The translations under genes and the position numbers were made by a program. Below, one piece after another: positions 1-15,200 of a DNA stretch of 64,000 nucleotides (positions are counted from its first letter, which is position 1; each line of letters begins with the position of its first letter). The stretch lies in assembly GCF_009914755.1 (NCBI RefSeq), contig NC_060929.1, one strand, 5' to 3'. The stretch is from the human T2T-CHM13v2.0 reference genome, Homo sapiens. The notes below the pieces were generated by a model. It was not told the DNA's origin and did not search any database. It was given only the letters and a program-made list of their open reading frames with translations.

Positions 1-292
1 AAGTCATTTCACTAATCCAGGATAAGCTTGAGTGATCAGATATAAAGTTGCAGTCTTAGAGATATTCAGGCACAGGCTTGAAAGTCTCCATGTCTTTCAG
101 CCTGTGCCTGAATGTGGTAGACCGATGTCATGCCCTGACCAGAGGGTTGGATTATAGCACCTCAATGTTACCTTCTGATTCTGAGCCCACCACTCTAATT
201 CAATTCATTTATGATGGACACACACGTAGCTTATGCTACACAACTGAACAGCCCAGGTCTAAAGCATATTATCTTACTAAAAATATTTACTC

Positions 293-570
293 CGCGGTGG
301 CTCACGCCTGTAATCCCAGCACTTTGGGAGGCCAAGGCAGGCGGATCACGAGGTCAGGAGATCCAGACCGTCCTGGCTAACGCAGTGAAACCCCATCTCT
401 ACTAAAAATGCAAAAAATTAGCTGGGCGTGGTGGTGGGCGCCTGTAGTCCCAGCTACTTGGGAGAGAATGGCGTGAACCTGGGAGGTGGAGCTTGCAGTG
501 AGCTGAGATCGCGCCACTGCGCTCCAGCCGGGGTGACAAAGGGAGACTCTTGTCTCAAAAAAAAAAAAAA
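293..570 (+). mobile_element. AluY, slightly 5'-truncated with a small internal deletion
   Basis: AluY diagnostics (GGCTAAC, AATGGCGTGAACC), A tail, flanking ATTTACTC repeat. Confidence 0.9.
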
Positions 571-890
571 ATGAATTTACTCATCTGCTAATTGTTTTTT
601 CCCCATTAAGAGAAAAATCTGTTTAAAAAATTAGAAAAGGAACACATATCACTCATTTTTGCATACAGTAGAATTAATGGTAACACTTCATGCGGCTGAA
701 AGATGGGGCCTTTATCTGCCAAAGAATAATGCACTACTGATCTTTTGATTTCTAGTTCTGAAAAAACAAAAGAATTTTTGAAAAAGCCCCCCAAAAAGGC
801 TGTTCCTGAGGACTGCAACAGAAGAATTCTAGAAGACAAAATAAAGAGTTTCCCCTATATTTTGTTTAGTTAGAAATCAGAAACCTCCTG

Positions 891-1038
891 GGCCAGGCGT
901 GGTGGCTCATGCCTGTAATCCTAGCACTTTGGGAGGCCGAGGAGGAGGATCACTTGAGCCCAGGAGTTTAAGATCAGGCTGGCCCACAAAGTGAGACCCT
1001 GTCTGTATTAAAACTTTTAAAAAAGTTTATTAAAAAAA
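891..1038 (+). mobile_element. Alu left monomer (FLAM/AluJ-like)
   Basis: Monomer plus A-rich tail, TSD AGAAAC(C/T)TCCT. Confidence 0.85.
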
Positions 1039-1226
1039 GAAACTTCCTAGAACCATCAAGGAATTTCAGTCCTTTTTGAAAGTAAGTATAATTAAAAATA
1101 TGAAAAGGAGGCAAGAGGTGTTTCTGATCTGTTCTGATCAATGTTGATTCATCCAGTAATCAGAAAAAAAAGTACAAATTCTGATGCTTCTAGTTTCATA
1201 TCTAGACTAATTAATGTATTGTAAAT

Positions 1227-1516
1227 TTATTTATTTGAGACGGAGTGTTGCTCTGTCACCCATGCTGGAGTGCAGTGGCACGATCTTGGCTCACTGCAAC
1301 CTCTGCCTCTCGGGTTCAAGCAATTCTCTGCCTCAGCCTCCCGAGTAGCTGGGATTACAGGCGCCCGTCACCATGCCTGGCTAATTTTTGTGTTTTTAGT
1401 AGAGACAGAGTTTCACCATCTTGGCCAGGTTGGTCATGAACTCCTGACCTCGTGATCCACCCGCCTCGGCCTCCCAAAGTGCTGGGATTACAGGCGTGAG
1501 CCACCACTCCCGGCCA
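1227..1516 (-). mobile_element. AluS
   Basis: Reverse-strand Alu, TSD AATGTATTGTAAATTTA. Confidence 0.92.
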
Positions 1517-1709
1517 ATGTATTGTAAATTTAGATTTGAGATATAAAACAAAAAATTGTAGAAGTTCTTGGGAGTAAATTAAACATTAAAAATGCACCTT
1601 TTAGTTAACTTATCACTTAACATGCAGCAAATATTTATCAGACTTAATACTGCTGTCTTTCATTTTTTTCTCAGCCTATTTTCTCACTATTAGAAAAATA
1701 CTTAAAATA

Positions 1710-2007
1710 GGCCTGGCATGGGGGCTCACTCCTGTAATCCTACACTTTGGGAGGCTGAGGCAGGTGAATCCCTTGAGGTCAGGAGGTCGAGACCAGCCTG
1801 GCCAACGTGGTGAAACCCTGTCTCTACTAAAAATACAAAAATTAGCCAGATGTTGTGGCACATGTCTGTAGTCCCAGCTACTCAGGAGGCTGAGGCAGGA
1901 GAATCACTTGAACCCGGGAGGCAGAGGTTGCAGTGAGCTGAGATGGTGCCACTGCATTCTAGCCAGGGTGACAGAGCAAGATTCCATCTCAGAAAAAAAA
2001 AAAGAAA
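1710..2007 (+). mobile_element. AluS
   Basis: Full Alu, 18-bp TSD AGAAAAATACTTAAAATA. Confidence 0.92.
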
Positions 2008-2572
2008 AGAAAAATACTTAAAATAAGCCTGGGGCCATGGTGAAGCTGCCGAGCTGCATCCTAGGCCCCCAGTTTTAAAATAAAAATTAAGTTTTTTTAA
2101 AAAAGAAAATAAGTAAGAATGAAAAAGAAAATACTTAAAATTATTTACTTTATTATTTAAAAATAGACAGAGTTTGAGTTTTGGACTCACCATTAAGCCT
2201 CGATTTTTCCAGATTCCTAGCTTTAAGCTGGACTCTAGTTAACTCAAGTGTTCCTAGAACTACTACCAGCTAGTATTTGTTTGGGTGCTGTGTTATGTCT
2301 TGTGATTGTTATAAACAAGGTAACCCCCTAAGATTAACATTAGAAGCCCCCTCACAGCCCAGGGCCTCCTGACAATATCCACGTGTCACTGATGGTTTTT
2401 GTTCCCCAAATCCTTCCTGTCTCCAAATTGCTTTTGTGGTATATATGCTCTCTTCCTGGGCAGAAGGCCCTAGATCATGAACAGGAGCCCTAGAATAAGA
2501 TACAATAAATGTCTATAAAAACCTAGCAAACCAAGTAAAGGAAACGTGAATTTCTTTTTCTTTTCTACAAAG

Positions 2573-2721
2573 CTTGCAATGTCATTTCTCAGACTCCAAA
2601 TGGAAAGTTTACCCTGGTAGTTCCACACCAGCATCGAAACTGCAGCTTCTCCATAATTTATCCTGTGGTGATCAAAATATCTGATCTTACCCTGGGACAC
2701 GTAAATGGTCTTCAGTTAAAG
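2573..2721 (+). CDS. CRHBP: CRHBP internal coding exon (exon 5): (P)CNVISQTPNGKFTLVVPHQHRNCSFSIIYPVVIKISDLTLGHVNGLQLK
   Basis: Pyrimidine tract plus AG at 2571-2572 and GTGAGT donor at 2722. 149 nt, phase 1 in and phase 0 out. Translation matches recalled CRF-BP, including Cys183/Cys205 and the NCS sequon. Confidence 0.97.
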
Positions 2722-2900
2722 GTGAGTTGCTTACTTGTTTCCTAACCGTTTGATAAGGCCACAACTTTATCAGAGCAGAAGCAATCATATAGGGAAAACC
2801 TGGACACTAGCAAATTGGCGTAGTACGTTGCTCTGATGAACTCTTAAATCTCAAATGTGTTTGCCCTAGCTGCTTTGACTAACCCCCTCTTCTATTTCAG

Positions 2901-2945
2901 TTATGCGGCAAGTTGCATACTCAGGTGCCCCTTCTGACTACTTGA
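2901..2945 (+). CDS. CRHBP: Candidate proximal alternative terminal exon of CRHBP, coding part LCGKLHTQVPLLTT* (UTR to about 3320)
   Basis: Branch point GACTAAC at 2877-2883, pyrimidine tract, TTTCAG acceptor ending 2900, in frame with exon 5, AATAAA at 3297-3302. Confidence 0.7.
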   Translation, partial: LCGKLHTQVPLLTT

Positions 2946-3794
2946 ATACTTTCCCTGTGATGTAAGAAGTGTTTTCAATTGGTAAAGTTGTGGTATATAA
3001 TTACAATTGAACTCTCTTGTACTTGCCTCTTTTACAAAAATTCTCTCCTAGCAGAACGTAGTGTGAGTCATCTACACAGCTGTTTTTCTGATTATTGGAA
3101 TTTTCTTTTGACATGAAGGAAGTATCTCATTGACAGAACTGCGTTGTGAAGGAGTGCTAACTGTAGCATAAAATACAAAATTGGATTTTTAGATTGCAAA
3201 ATACAGTAAAGCTTTGAAAAGTATTTGGCATGACATTTAACTCAATACATTTTGCCTAAAAAATATTAGCCAAGAACCCCTATCAACTTGTTTTTGAATA
3301 AACTTCTGTATGGACCTTAAAATTCATGCTGAGTTTGACCGCATTTTCTTGCACTGGTAGCATTTTCCCTCTGAGTCATCCTCATTTCCTTCTACTTTCT
3401 CACATGACTAGGTTAAGATAACTCATGTATTTGCTGCTATCAAAGGCAGTCATAATTCCTAATCAGACAGATTTTAGTGAAAACCAAATAAATAGAACTA
3501 GGACTGAGAAAAGGAGTATATCCAATTTCCTTTAAGCCCTAAATTCATGGACTAGTGCCTGCTTTTTTTAAGTTGGAACTTAGTGGAAGAATAGTCCTTT
3601 GATAAGGACATTTTTGGGTATCTTTGGTACAGTTTTACTGGCTTGATATTATTTGTATGTCATTTTTGATGTAAAATATAGAAGATGAAAGGTGTGAGCA
3701 CAGACTGGGAGATCTGCACTTTAGTTATTGGGGCTATGGGGGTAATCTTGGTGTTTCCTCCCGAACAATTTAGAGCCTACAGTGTTCTAGGCAT

Positions 3795-4380
3795 CTGTTC
3801 CTTCACAAAATATTTTTTGAATGCTTACCATGTGCAAGGCACTATTGTAGATGCTGGAAATTAGCAATAAACAAGACAGGTCCTGCTCACAGGGACCCTG
3901 CATTCAAGTGGGATGAGACAGGCAAAATTGCCATGTATTTCAGTTGGTGATAAGTGCTATACAGAAAATGCAGCAGAGTAGTGTGGTAGACAGTGACTGG
4001 GAGCATGGGGGTGGATGGAGAGGCGCGGGGCTACTTGTGATAAAGTGGTCAGGAAAGAAACCTTTTGAGAAGTGAGACCTGGGTGATAGATCAGAAGGAA
4101 CCAGCAGCTGTGAGAACAGGGAGCAGAGGGAACAGTGCAGGGGCTCAGAGGCAGGAATGGGCTTGCTGGATTCCAGACATGGAAAGAAGAGGAGGATTGG
4201 CATAAAACAGCTTCAGGGAGATGGGCAGGGCCAGAGTGTGGTGAGCCCTGCAGGCCACATTAGGGAGTTTAAGTGCAGTGGTAAACCACTGAAAGAGTTC
4301 AGGGAGGAAAGCAACATGATCTGATGTATGCTGTCTAAAACGTCACTGTGGCTTCCATGCAATGAATGGGCTGTAGGGCC
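3795..4380 (-). mobile_element. L2 LINE 3' fragment
   Basis: AAATATTTTTTGAATGCTTACCATGTGCAAGGCACT start and purine-rich body typical of reverse-oriented L2. Confidence 0.7.
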
Positions 4381-4381
4381 A

Positions 4382-4552
4382 TGCCACCCTTTTTATGGCT
4401 CTGGTGAGATGTTTCTTTAGTTATTATTAACATATCTATCAAGATTATTTTCTTAAACCTCCCAGATTTCTATGTATTGGAAGATGAGTTCCACCAAAAT
4501 AAAACCAAAACCAAAAAACCTTCAATTTTGCACATTGAGTTGGTGTGAGGAT
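4382..4552 (+). pseudogene. Decayed duplicate of the CRHBP exon 6 3' end, donor site and start of intron 6
   Basis: Aligns by eye with 7271-7430; 22/27 identical over the exon end plus GTGAG. Confidence 0.75.
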
Positions 4553-4581
4553 CTTACATTTGGTACAAGGAATGTAAGTAC

Positions 4582-4898
4582 TTTTTATTGTTTTTTGTTT
4601 TTTGTTTTTTTTTTGAGATGGAGTCTCGCTCTGTCGCCCAGGCTGGAGTGCAGACATGCAGTCTCGGCTCACTGCAACCTCTGCCTCCGAGGTTCAAGCA
4701 ATTCTCCTGCCTCAGTCTCCTGAGTAGCTGGGATTACAAGCATGAGCCACCACACCTGGCTAATTTTTTTTTGTATTTTTAGTAGAGACAGGGTTTCACC
4801 ATATTGGCCAGGCTGGTCTCAAACTCCTGACCTTGTGATCTGCCCGCCTCGGCCTCCCAAAGTGCTGGGATTACAAACATGAGCCACTGCTCCTGGCC
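4582..4898 (-). mobile_element. AluS
   Basis: Reverse Alu, TSD AAGTACTTTTT. Confidence 0.92.
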
Positions 4899-5451
4899 AA
4901 GTACTTTTTTGGTACATTATTGTGGGCTAGGCAAAAGATAGTAGTGGCTTAGAACCTGAACAAAGAAATTTAGGGAATCCCTGTTGAGAAACTGAACTTG
5001 AGAGGTCCCTGCATAACTCAGTTTCTGCCATTGTAAGAAAAGCTGAGAGGTTTGCAAAGAAGGGAGAAAAATCATTGAACAGCAAGGAATAAGTGCACTT
5101 AACTTTCTTGTTTCTTTGTTTTGTTCCCCTCACTTTAGTTTCTATTTCTTCCTAGCTTCTTTATTTCCTACTTCTCTCTCCTGAGTCTGCCTTTTTGCCT
5201 GCAACAGCACCTGCTGAATTTTGGAACCTATAAAACTAAGTGGAAAATTTAGTTGTAAGAGATGTTCCTCCTGGACATCCTCTACTCAAGGGAAAGGCAA
5301 TTAAAGTTTTTTTCCTTTACTGCTAAATTGCTTATTCCACTCTCAATACAAGAACATGAAGCCCTGTATACAGTGGGGCTAATTAAACCTCTTTCATCAT
5401 TTGATGCAATTATGTATAAAGCCTCTAAGCATCAAACCCAGTACATAGTAG

Positions 5452-5991
<540 letters not shown>

Positions 5992-6057
5992 TAGTGAAGT
6001 ACTGAGCACCTTGTCACATTCTACTAGATCTCTTAATGAGCACACTTCAATGAAGAA

Positions 6058-6218
6058 GAGGATCACAGGCAAAATTGTGGGGACCAGTACAAATGAAAAT
6101 GTGGGAGCCCTTATTACAATTTTATGAAAATGCAGCAGAACATTAAACCAAGCATAGAGCCCTTCTAGGCACTGGCTTTTTGTGGCTGCACAGGTGGCAT
6201 ACTTGTGAGACTGCCCTG
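6058..6218 (-). mobile_element. MER91A-like hAT DNA transposon
   Basis: AAATGAAAATGTGGG...CATTAAACCAAGC...CCCTG matches the reverse complement of recalled MER91A. Confidence 0.65.
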
Positions 6219-6234
6219 GGGAGATGGGGGCTCA

Positions 6235-6468
<234 letters not shown>

Positions 6469-7174
6469 GGGGGAAGCAGGAAAAGGTGATCATGGTGGAC
6501 CACACAAAGCTTTAGAATGAATTCTTTTGAGTAGCTTGAAATAAATTTGTTTTAGTTGAAAGGAGAAAGATCATGGTAACTGTAGCTAACTTGGGCCCCA
6601 AATCAGGGTTTTATTATTTCTTTAACATACTCATAATTAATCAAAATTCTTATTGTTAGAAATGAGGTGTTCCAATAGCACACAAATTTCCTTTACAAAG
6701 AAGAAGAAAAGAGATGAGGTGAAGGAAAAACGGATGTGAAAGCCCTATTTATAAAATGTAGGTATTTGACTTCGCTTAGCTGTGACTGCATGCATTAAGA
6801 AATTGGAGTGATTCAGTATGTATGTCCAAATGATTTGAAAAGTAAAGCATTTTTTGGTTGAATTTCCACACATCTTATATGGAGTTTACAGATTTCCATT
6901 TTATCATTCCAGTCCTTGAGCTTAAAAAAAATGAAAAAAACATGTACACACATTTCTAAAAAAAATGATTACTCAACTGATTTAGAAAAGCAATTTTTAT
7001 GATTTTTTCTCTTTTAAGTGTCTTTTAATTTCCAGAGTCCCAGATGTTAAATTAAATGGTATTGCCAGGATGTTGAGGGCTGATTGAGTGAATTCATGGA
7101 CCCGCTGTTGGTCAAATGGTTTGACTTCTGTAATTGGTTTAAATGTGTCTTTCTCTGCTGCTTTATTCCCTTAG

Positions 7175-7292
7175 AAATCCTCAGCAGGTTGCGAGGGAAT
7201 AGGAGACTTTGTGGAGCTGCTGGGAGGAACTGGATTGGACCCTTCCAAGATGACGCCTTTAGCTGATCTCTGCTACCCCTTTCATGGCCCGG
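7175..7292 (+). CDS. CRHBP: CRHBP internal coding exon (exon 6): KSSAGCEGIGDFVELLGGTGLDPSKMTPLADLCYPFHGP(A)
   Basis: TTCCCTTAG acceptor and G|GTGAGG donor at 7293. 118 nt, continues the exon 5 frame. Contains Cys237/Cys264 and the Ser234-Ala235 cleavage site. Confidence 0.97.
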
Positions 7293-8330
7293 GTGAGGTA
7301 TTTCTTTGATTGTTATGTATGTGCCTATCAAGATTAAAAAAAAATAAGCACTCCCCCAATATTTTCTACATTGGAAGGTGAGTTTCGCCAAAAAAGCCTT
7401 CAATTTTTCACACTGAGCCAGTATGAGGATTTGAGGCTATATATAACATCAGTATCTTTACCAAAATATCCGACACTGGGAGAGAAACCTTTGAAGCAAT
7501 AAAGGTTGGCCTTAAGTAAAACTATGAAAAAGACAAAGCTTTTAAAATCTGCATTCTTTCCATTTTCTTGGGGGTCTCTGCTTTCATTTTCTAGAGACTA
7601 AAGAGTTTACTAACTGAAACACTTATGGTTCAAATAGTAGATGTATCATCAATTAGTAATAGGATAATAATGAAATAACTGTTTTTTATGTATGTGTATG
7701 TATGTGTGTGTGTTACTCATAGTAAATAAACAACAAAGTGATAAGCTTTATTAGAAATTCTTAGAACTGCTAAGTCTATAACTTCTTATGGCTAAACTAG
7801 CCTCTCAAAGGCCAGTGTAACACAGAGGTAAATTCTGAAATCTAAAAGCGGTCACCAGTAATAGAAGACTGGTTTATTTGGCACAGCATATGCCAAATAG
7901 AACCAGATCTATGTCAGAGACAAGTGAGTATTTTCACTTTTTTATGCTCATGTCAGGTGAGGATGGATGGGACTTCATGACCTCATGACCAGATAACTCA
8001 ATGAAGTCTCGGGGAGGTGGGGGAGAGGAGTCATAAAACATTCCTGTAAAGGTCACTCCCATAGCTTTACTTCAGACACAGGAGTCCTAGATTAACATTA
8101 ACGAGACAAAACAGAAGAAGAACAGCAGTCTCTAATCTCAGTTAATTCTTACTGTAGCCTCCTTCCTCTCCTGTCACTGCAGATCATTAACCAGCTAGGC
8201 AATGAAGCTGCAAAGCAGACAGTCCTCTTGATCAGCTGTTACCTGTAATAATTAAAACCAGGCCAGACCACCAGTATTTTCTGACTCTGAGTTGATGATG
8301 GACAAAACATCTCCAAAATAGAATTAACAT

Positions 8331-9091
<761 letters not shown>

Positions 9092-9632
9092 ATACAAAAG
9101 TCAGCACTAAAGCCTGATATGCACTCCACCCTCCCCCAGATACACCTATATTCTAAAAGTTTCAGATGAGATTTAAGGTAGGAGTGGGCTCAAAGCAAGC
9201 TTTCTAATCAAGGTAAAGGCAAAAGATTTCCAAAATCCCACTTTGCGGAAAACTAGAGGATTCTCTAATGCTAATTGACACTTGAGCCATGGTTTAAACT
9301 GTCAGTGCATGCGGCTTCTTTAGCCTTTTGGGTGCATGATCTGAGGCACTAAAGTACTTCCATGCTCATGATTGGAGAGCACCTTTGAGGAGATATACCT
9401 CAGCTGGGTTAAAAAGTAAGACAAGGATTAAAGAACAATCAGGCCTTACAATTTAGATAATTGAAGCCAAAGTCATTTTTCCGCTTGAGTGATATAACTT
9501 GAATTAGAAAAAAAGGTGATTCTAAAGCCAGAAAACCACTTTTGCCTACATTACCTAGGTAACTGAAACCACTTTTAAGACAATTTTAAGGCTTGAATTA
9601 TATCACTCTTTGGTTCATTTTAGACTTTATTC

Positions 9633-10574
<942 letters not shown>

Positions 10575-10792
10575 ATTCTTTTCTTTCTTTATCATATTTC
10601 CATGAGCCCCTCCTGAGTTGTTCAGTGTTGAACTATTAAGGACCCTGCCCTTTACATTGGATTTTGTTAGGAATTAGTTCAAAATAATAAATAAATAATA
10701 AGTAAAGAAAATAGGACATGTTATAAAGATTAAAGTCCAGAGTAAGATCAGAAAAAGAATGACCTCCAAATTGTTTAATGAAAAATAAATTT

Positions 10793-11147
<355 letters not shown>

Positions 11148-11516
11148 TTATATTAAAATAATTATAGGGCTTTTATTTATTATGTCATCCATTTGACTTT
11201 TATCTCAATAACTCTATTGAACTGTTTACTTCATTTAAACCCAGGTATGTGTTTGAGTGGTACCCATTACACGAGGACAATGATAGCATTTCTTAAAATT
11301 TAAAAACACCTTATAGAGACAAAGTGAGGAAAAGAAAGATTGAGAAAACTAAAACAGCAGAAATGATTATTGTAGAGCAGATAAATCTTGCCTCAGGAAT
11401 CAGCTTGGATAAACAAATAGAATAAATAAAAGGAAAGTAATTCTTAATAAAAGTAATATGAGTTTCAATATATAACCCATACAGAGGAGATATAAAAGTT
11501 GTCAGATCTTATATAA

Positions 11517-11828
<312 letters not shown>

Positions 11829-12558
11829 GAATAAGATTGGATTTAAGAGAAGCAAGGATATCAGAAGCCATTTCATATAAATAGTACAGAAAAAATCAGA
11901 GAAAAGTTGTAAGTGGATAATAAAACAAAAACTAGTATGTTCAGTGTATGTCTATACGATGCAAATGATCTTTTTGTTTATGTATAAAACAGTTTTTGTT
12001 TAAATTCAGAAAATGATAAACAGGTGTTTTTTTTTGTTTTTTTTTTTTTGGTCTACATAAATGTCCCGCAGTACATTCCATCCTCTAGCCCCCACTAAAT
12101 GCCCCTTGCAACCCTAGATCGGTGACAACCAAAAACTGCCACTGCAAATTTCCGACCTGTCCTTAGAGGGCCGTACTGTTTCCACTGCAATCCCTGAACC
12201 CGAGCAACTGTGCACACTCCAGACTGATTGCCTTTGCCTGCCTTTACTACTTAGGCTTTGCAGGCAAAAAAGGCCGAGGAGACATCTTCTTGCCTCTTTC
12301 CAGCTAGTTTTATTTTTTAATAGTGTTCTTGCACATGAGGAGAAAGACTGAATTCAATTACACTATTCTATAACTAATTATAAGTTATAATAAAAATGAA
12401 ACAAAAACATTTCAACTGATAGTAGATGCATGGTTTGGGTACATGAGAGGAAGATAGGTCTCCTTGCTTTCATTATGTTTAAGTGATCCCGTCATTTAAA
12501 TGATGACTGTGTGGTTTCTAACCTGCTGGGAAACTTTTATCTTTTCCATCCATTATAG

Positions 12559-12716
12559 CCCAGATGAAAGTTGGCTGTGACAACACTGTGGTGCGCATGG
12601 TCTCCAGTGGAAAACACGTAAATCGTGTGACTTTTGAGTATCGTCAGCTGGAGCCGTACGAGCTGGAAAACCCAAATGGAAACAGTATCGGGGAATTCTG
12701 TTTGTCTGGTCTTTGA
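12559..12716 (+). CDS. CRHBP: CRHBP last coding exon (exon 7): (A)QMKVGCDNTVVRMVSSGKHVNRVTFEYRQLEPYELENPNGNSIGEFCLSGL*
   Basis: TATAG acceptor at 12557-12558, phase 1 compatible with exon 6, TGA at 12714-12716. Matches the CRF-BP C-terminus (Cys277/Cys318). Confidence 0.97.
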
Positions 12717-12835
12717 ATAACCAACCCAGTGATTTACATGCTGATAGCTAAGTGAGTTTTTAATGGCCATTGTGTATGATTTTGATGCACAACTAGTTAA
12801 AAGCCTTTCATACCAGTCAGTATTCCCAGCCTTGA

Positions 12836-12874
12836 GCGCACGCGCGCACACACACACACACATACACACACGCA
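12836..12874. repeat. (CG)/(CA) alternating purine-pyrimidine tract in the 3' UTR
   Basis: GCGCACGCGCGCACACACACACACACATACACACACGCA. Confidence 0.9.
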
Positions 12875-13274
12875 TTAATTTTTGTACTTTGCTTCTTTTA
12901 TGTTTGTAATCTGTAAATGAACACATGGCAGAAAATAACCCCTGATTGGTAGGATCATAGTTCTAAATGGAAATGTTTGTAATTCTTCGATGTGCTACAA
13001 ACCTGAAACTGGTAAGACAAGCACAAAGCAACGTGCAATAAAAAAATCGTATCTCAAGGGAAAATACTCAAAGAAAGAAAAGTGGCAGCACTTATATTAG
13101 TTTTATAACAGGATAAAGTCTTGTGTATAGCAAAGTAGTTGCATCTGTTTATTTTCTATTTATTATTGTTACAATAGGTAATAGTTATAGCAATTATTTA
13201 TTGATTTGTAACAACTTGTTTTTAACCAAACTTTGTAGCATGGAAAAAATTTTCCATCCACAAATACAAACATG

Positions 13275-13280
13275 AATAAA
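13275..13280 (+). terminator. Distal polyadenylation signal AATAAA (a proximal candidate lies at 13037-13042)
   Basis: Canonical hexamer with upstream TGTA elements and downstream GT/T-rich sequence. Confidence 0.7.
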
Positions 13281-13673
13281 TACATTCAGAATGTTGGCAC
13301 CATGATGTTGGGCTTTATTTGCTTTCCTGAGTAGTCCTCTTTCTTGTTACCATCAGAAAATAATGTTATCATGTGGTGCAGAGCCAAATGCTGAACTAAA
13401 TCATTTTGGACTTCTCAGAGCTAGAACTCTGGGCCATTGAAGTAGAATTATTTAGAGGAGAGGTAGAATTGCAATGTTTGCACAGGCAACACTAGCTGGT
13501 CCTGGCAGGGAAGCGGGTGCAGAGATTTATTTTCCGCTATCCTCAGAATACGTGTTTTTGTCACGATATACATTTCTACAAAGACAGCAAGGACCTTACA
13601 ACAACTCTCATAGACACAATTTGCAGAAATCTGAATACTTCTTTGATACTGAAGGCAGTTTACTGTTGACTGA

Positions 13674-14062
<389 letters not shown>

Positions 14063-14964
14063 TAGAAAATTCTTTTAAGGGAACTCTTTACTTTGGATTA
14101 GTAGATGAAAGCTTCAAACTATGCCATAATTAATGGCCTTATTATGGTTCCTGAAACATATTTAATATGATTGGCATATACTGGGATCCTATACACTGGG
14201 CTTGTTCACAAAATCTGAAAACCAGGCAGAAAAAAAAAACCCAACTAATTGGAAGTGTTTCAAATACCTAGGATTTGGCACAAGTTTTGGCTCAGTAGGT
14301 ATTTTGGAATGAGTGACTACTTTAGCAAATGAATGAATACATGCTTGAATGGATGGATGGATTGATGGATGACGGATGACTATAATTCTTGATTAGTTAT
14401 ATAAAATATTGGATTCTTCATTTCATAGAAACTAAATTCTGTGAAGCAGGAGGTTGAACCCTTTTCTTAAAAAAGATAGTCACTCTAGCAACCCAAGAAT
14501 TAAGGAAGTTACTTTTATCACCATCAGAAGTTTCTGGCTCTTAACCTTCATGATTCCCTCATGCTGAGTAAAATACACTTTTCTATTACATCTCACCATC
14601 AAAGTTAGGAAACTTCTTTTATTCCTAAGGGATTTTGCAAGCTGATTAGCCTCTCTGCAGTAAGACAGGTGCTCCTGTGGTCCTTAAGCCCTGACATTCT
14701 GTGGTCATTTGTGACATGCTTTACTTCAAAGCTTGTTAGTGAACAACAGGTTACATTCTTTGAGAGGATGTCCACCCTGGTGAACTGTCCATGTCTTTTT
14801 CTTGGACTGTCTACTACTTAGCCTATGTTCCAAAAGGATGGGGCAGCTTTCTGGAAACAAAATGGTAAATGAAATCTCCGGGGGAGATTTATAGGTTGTG
14901 TCTTCATTGGTATATCCATCAAGCGAGTAAAAGTTTATATGAAACAATATGACTTTCTAAGAAA

Positions 14965-15200
14965 GGAAGTATAGCGTAGTGGTTAAGGTCATTGACTCTG
15001 CAGCCAACCCTCTTGGAATCCCAGCTCTACCACTGACTTGAGCAAGTCACTTATAAGTCTCCATTCCTTAGTTTTTAATCTGTAAAATTTGGGTAATTTA
15101 CAGTACCTTTACAGAAGGAGAAAGGTGCCTTCTTCAAAAGGTTTTTGGCCACATTAAATGGTTAGATATATTTAAAGCTCAAGACCTGTGTCTCACATGT
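14965..15200 (+). mobile_element. MIR
   Basis: TAGCGTAGTGGTTAAG...GAATCCCAGCTCTACCACT...TCTGTAAAAT core. Confidence 0.75.

Larger units (their letters stand above)
12717..13300 (+). other. CRHBP: CRHBP 3' UTR
   Basis: Follows the stop codon, AT-rich, AATAAA at 13037-13042 and 13275-13280. End position is approximate. Confidence 0.8.

Noticed and set aside
3542-3552. AATTCATGGAC shared with 7091, a possible upstream extension of the exon 6 duplicate
   Set aside because: Single 11-mer with inconsistent spacing and no convincing flanking alignment by eye.
7047-7403. Track ORFs overlapping exon 6 (and 2470-2700, 12537-12926 over exons 5 and 7)
   Set aside because: Antisense or wrong-frame shadows of the real CRHBP exons.
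7595-7929. Possible cryptic exon ending at CAA|GTGAGT (7924)
   Set aside because: Isolated splice-like motifs with no supporting frame; such motifs are common in introns.
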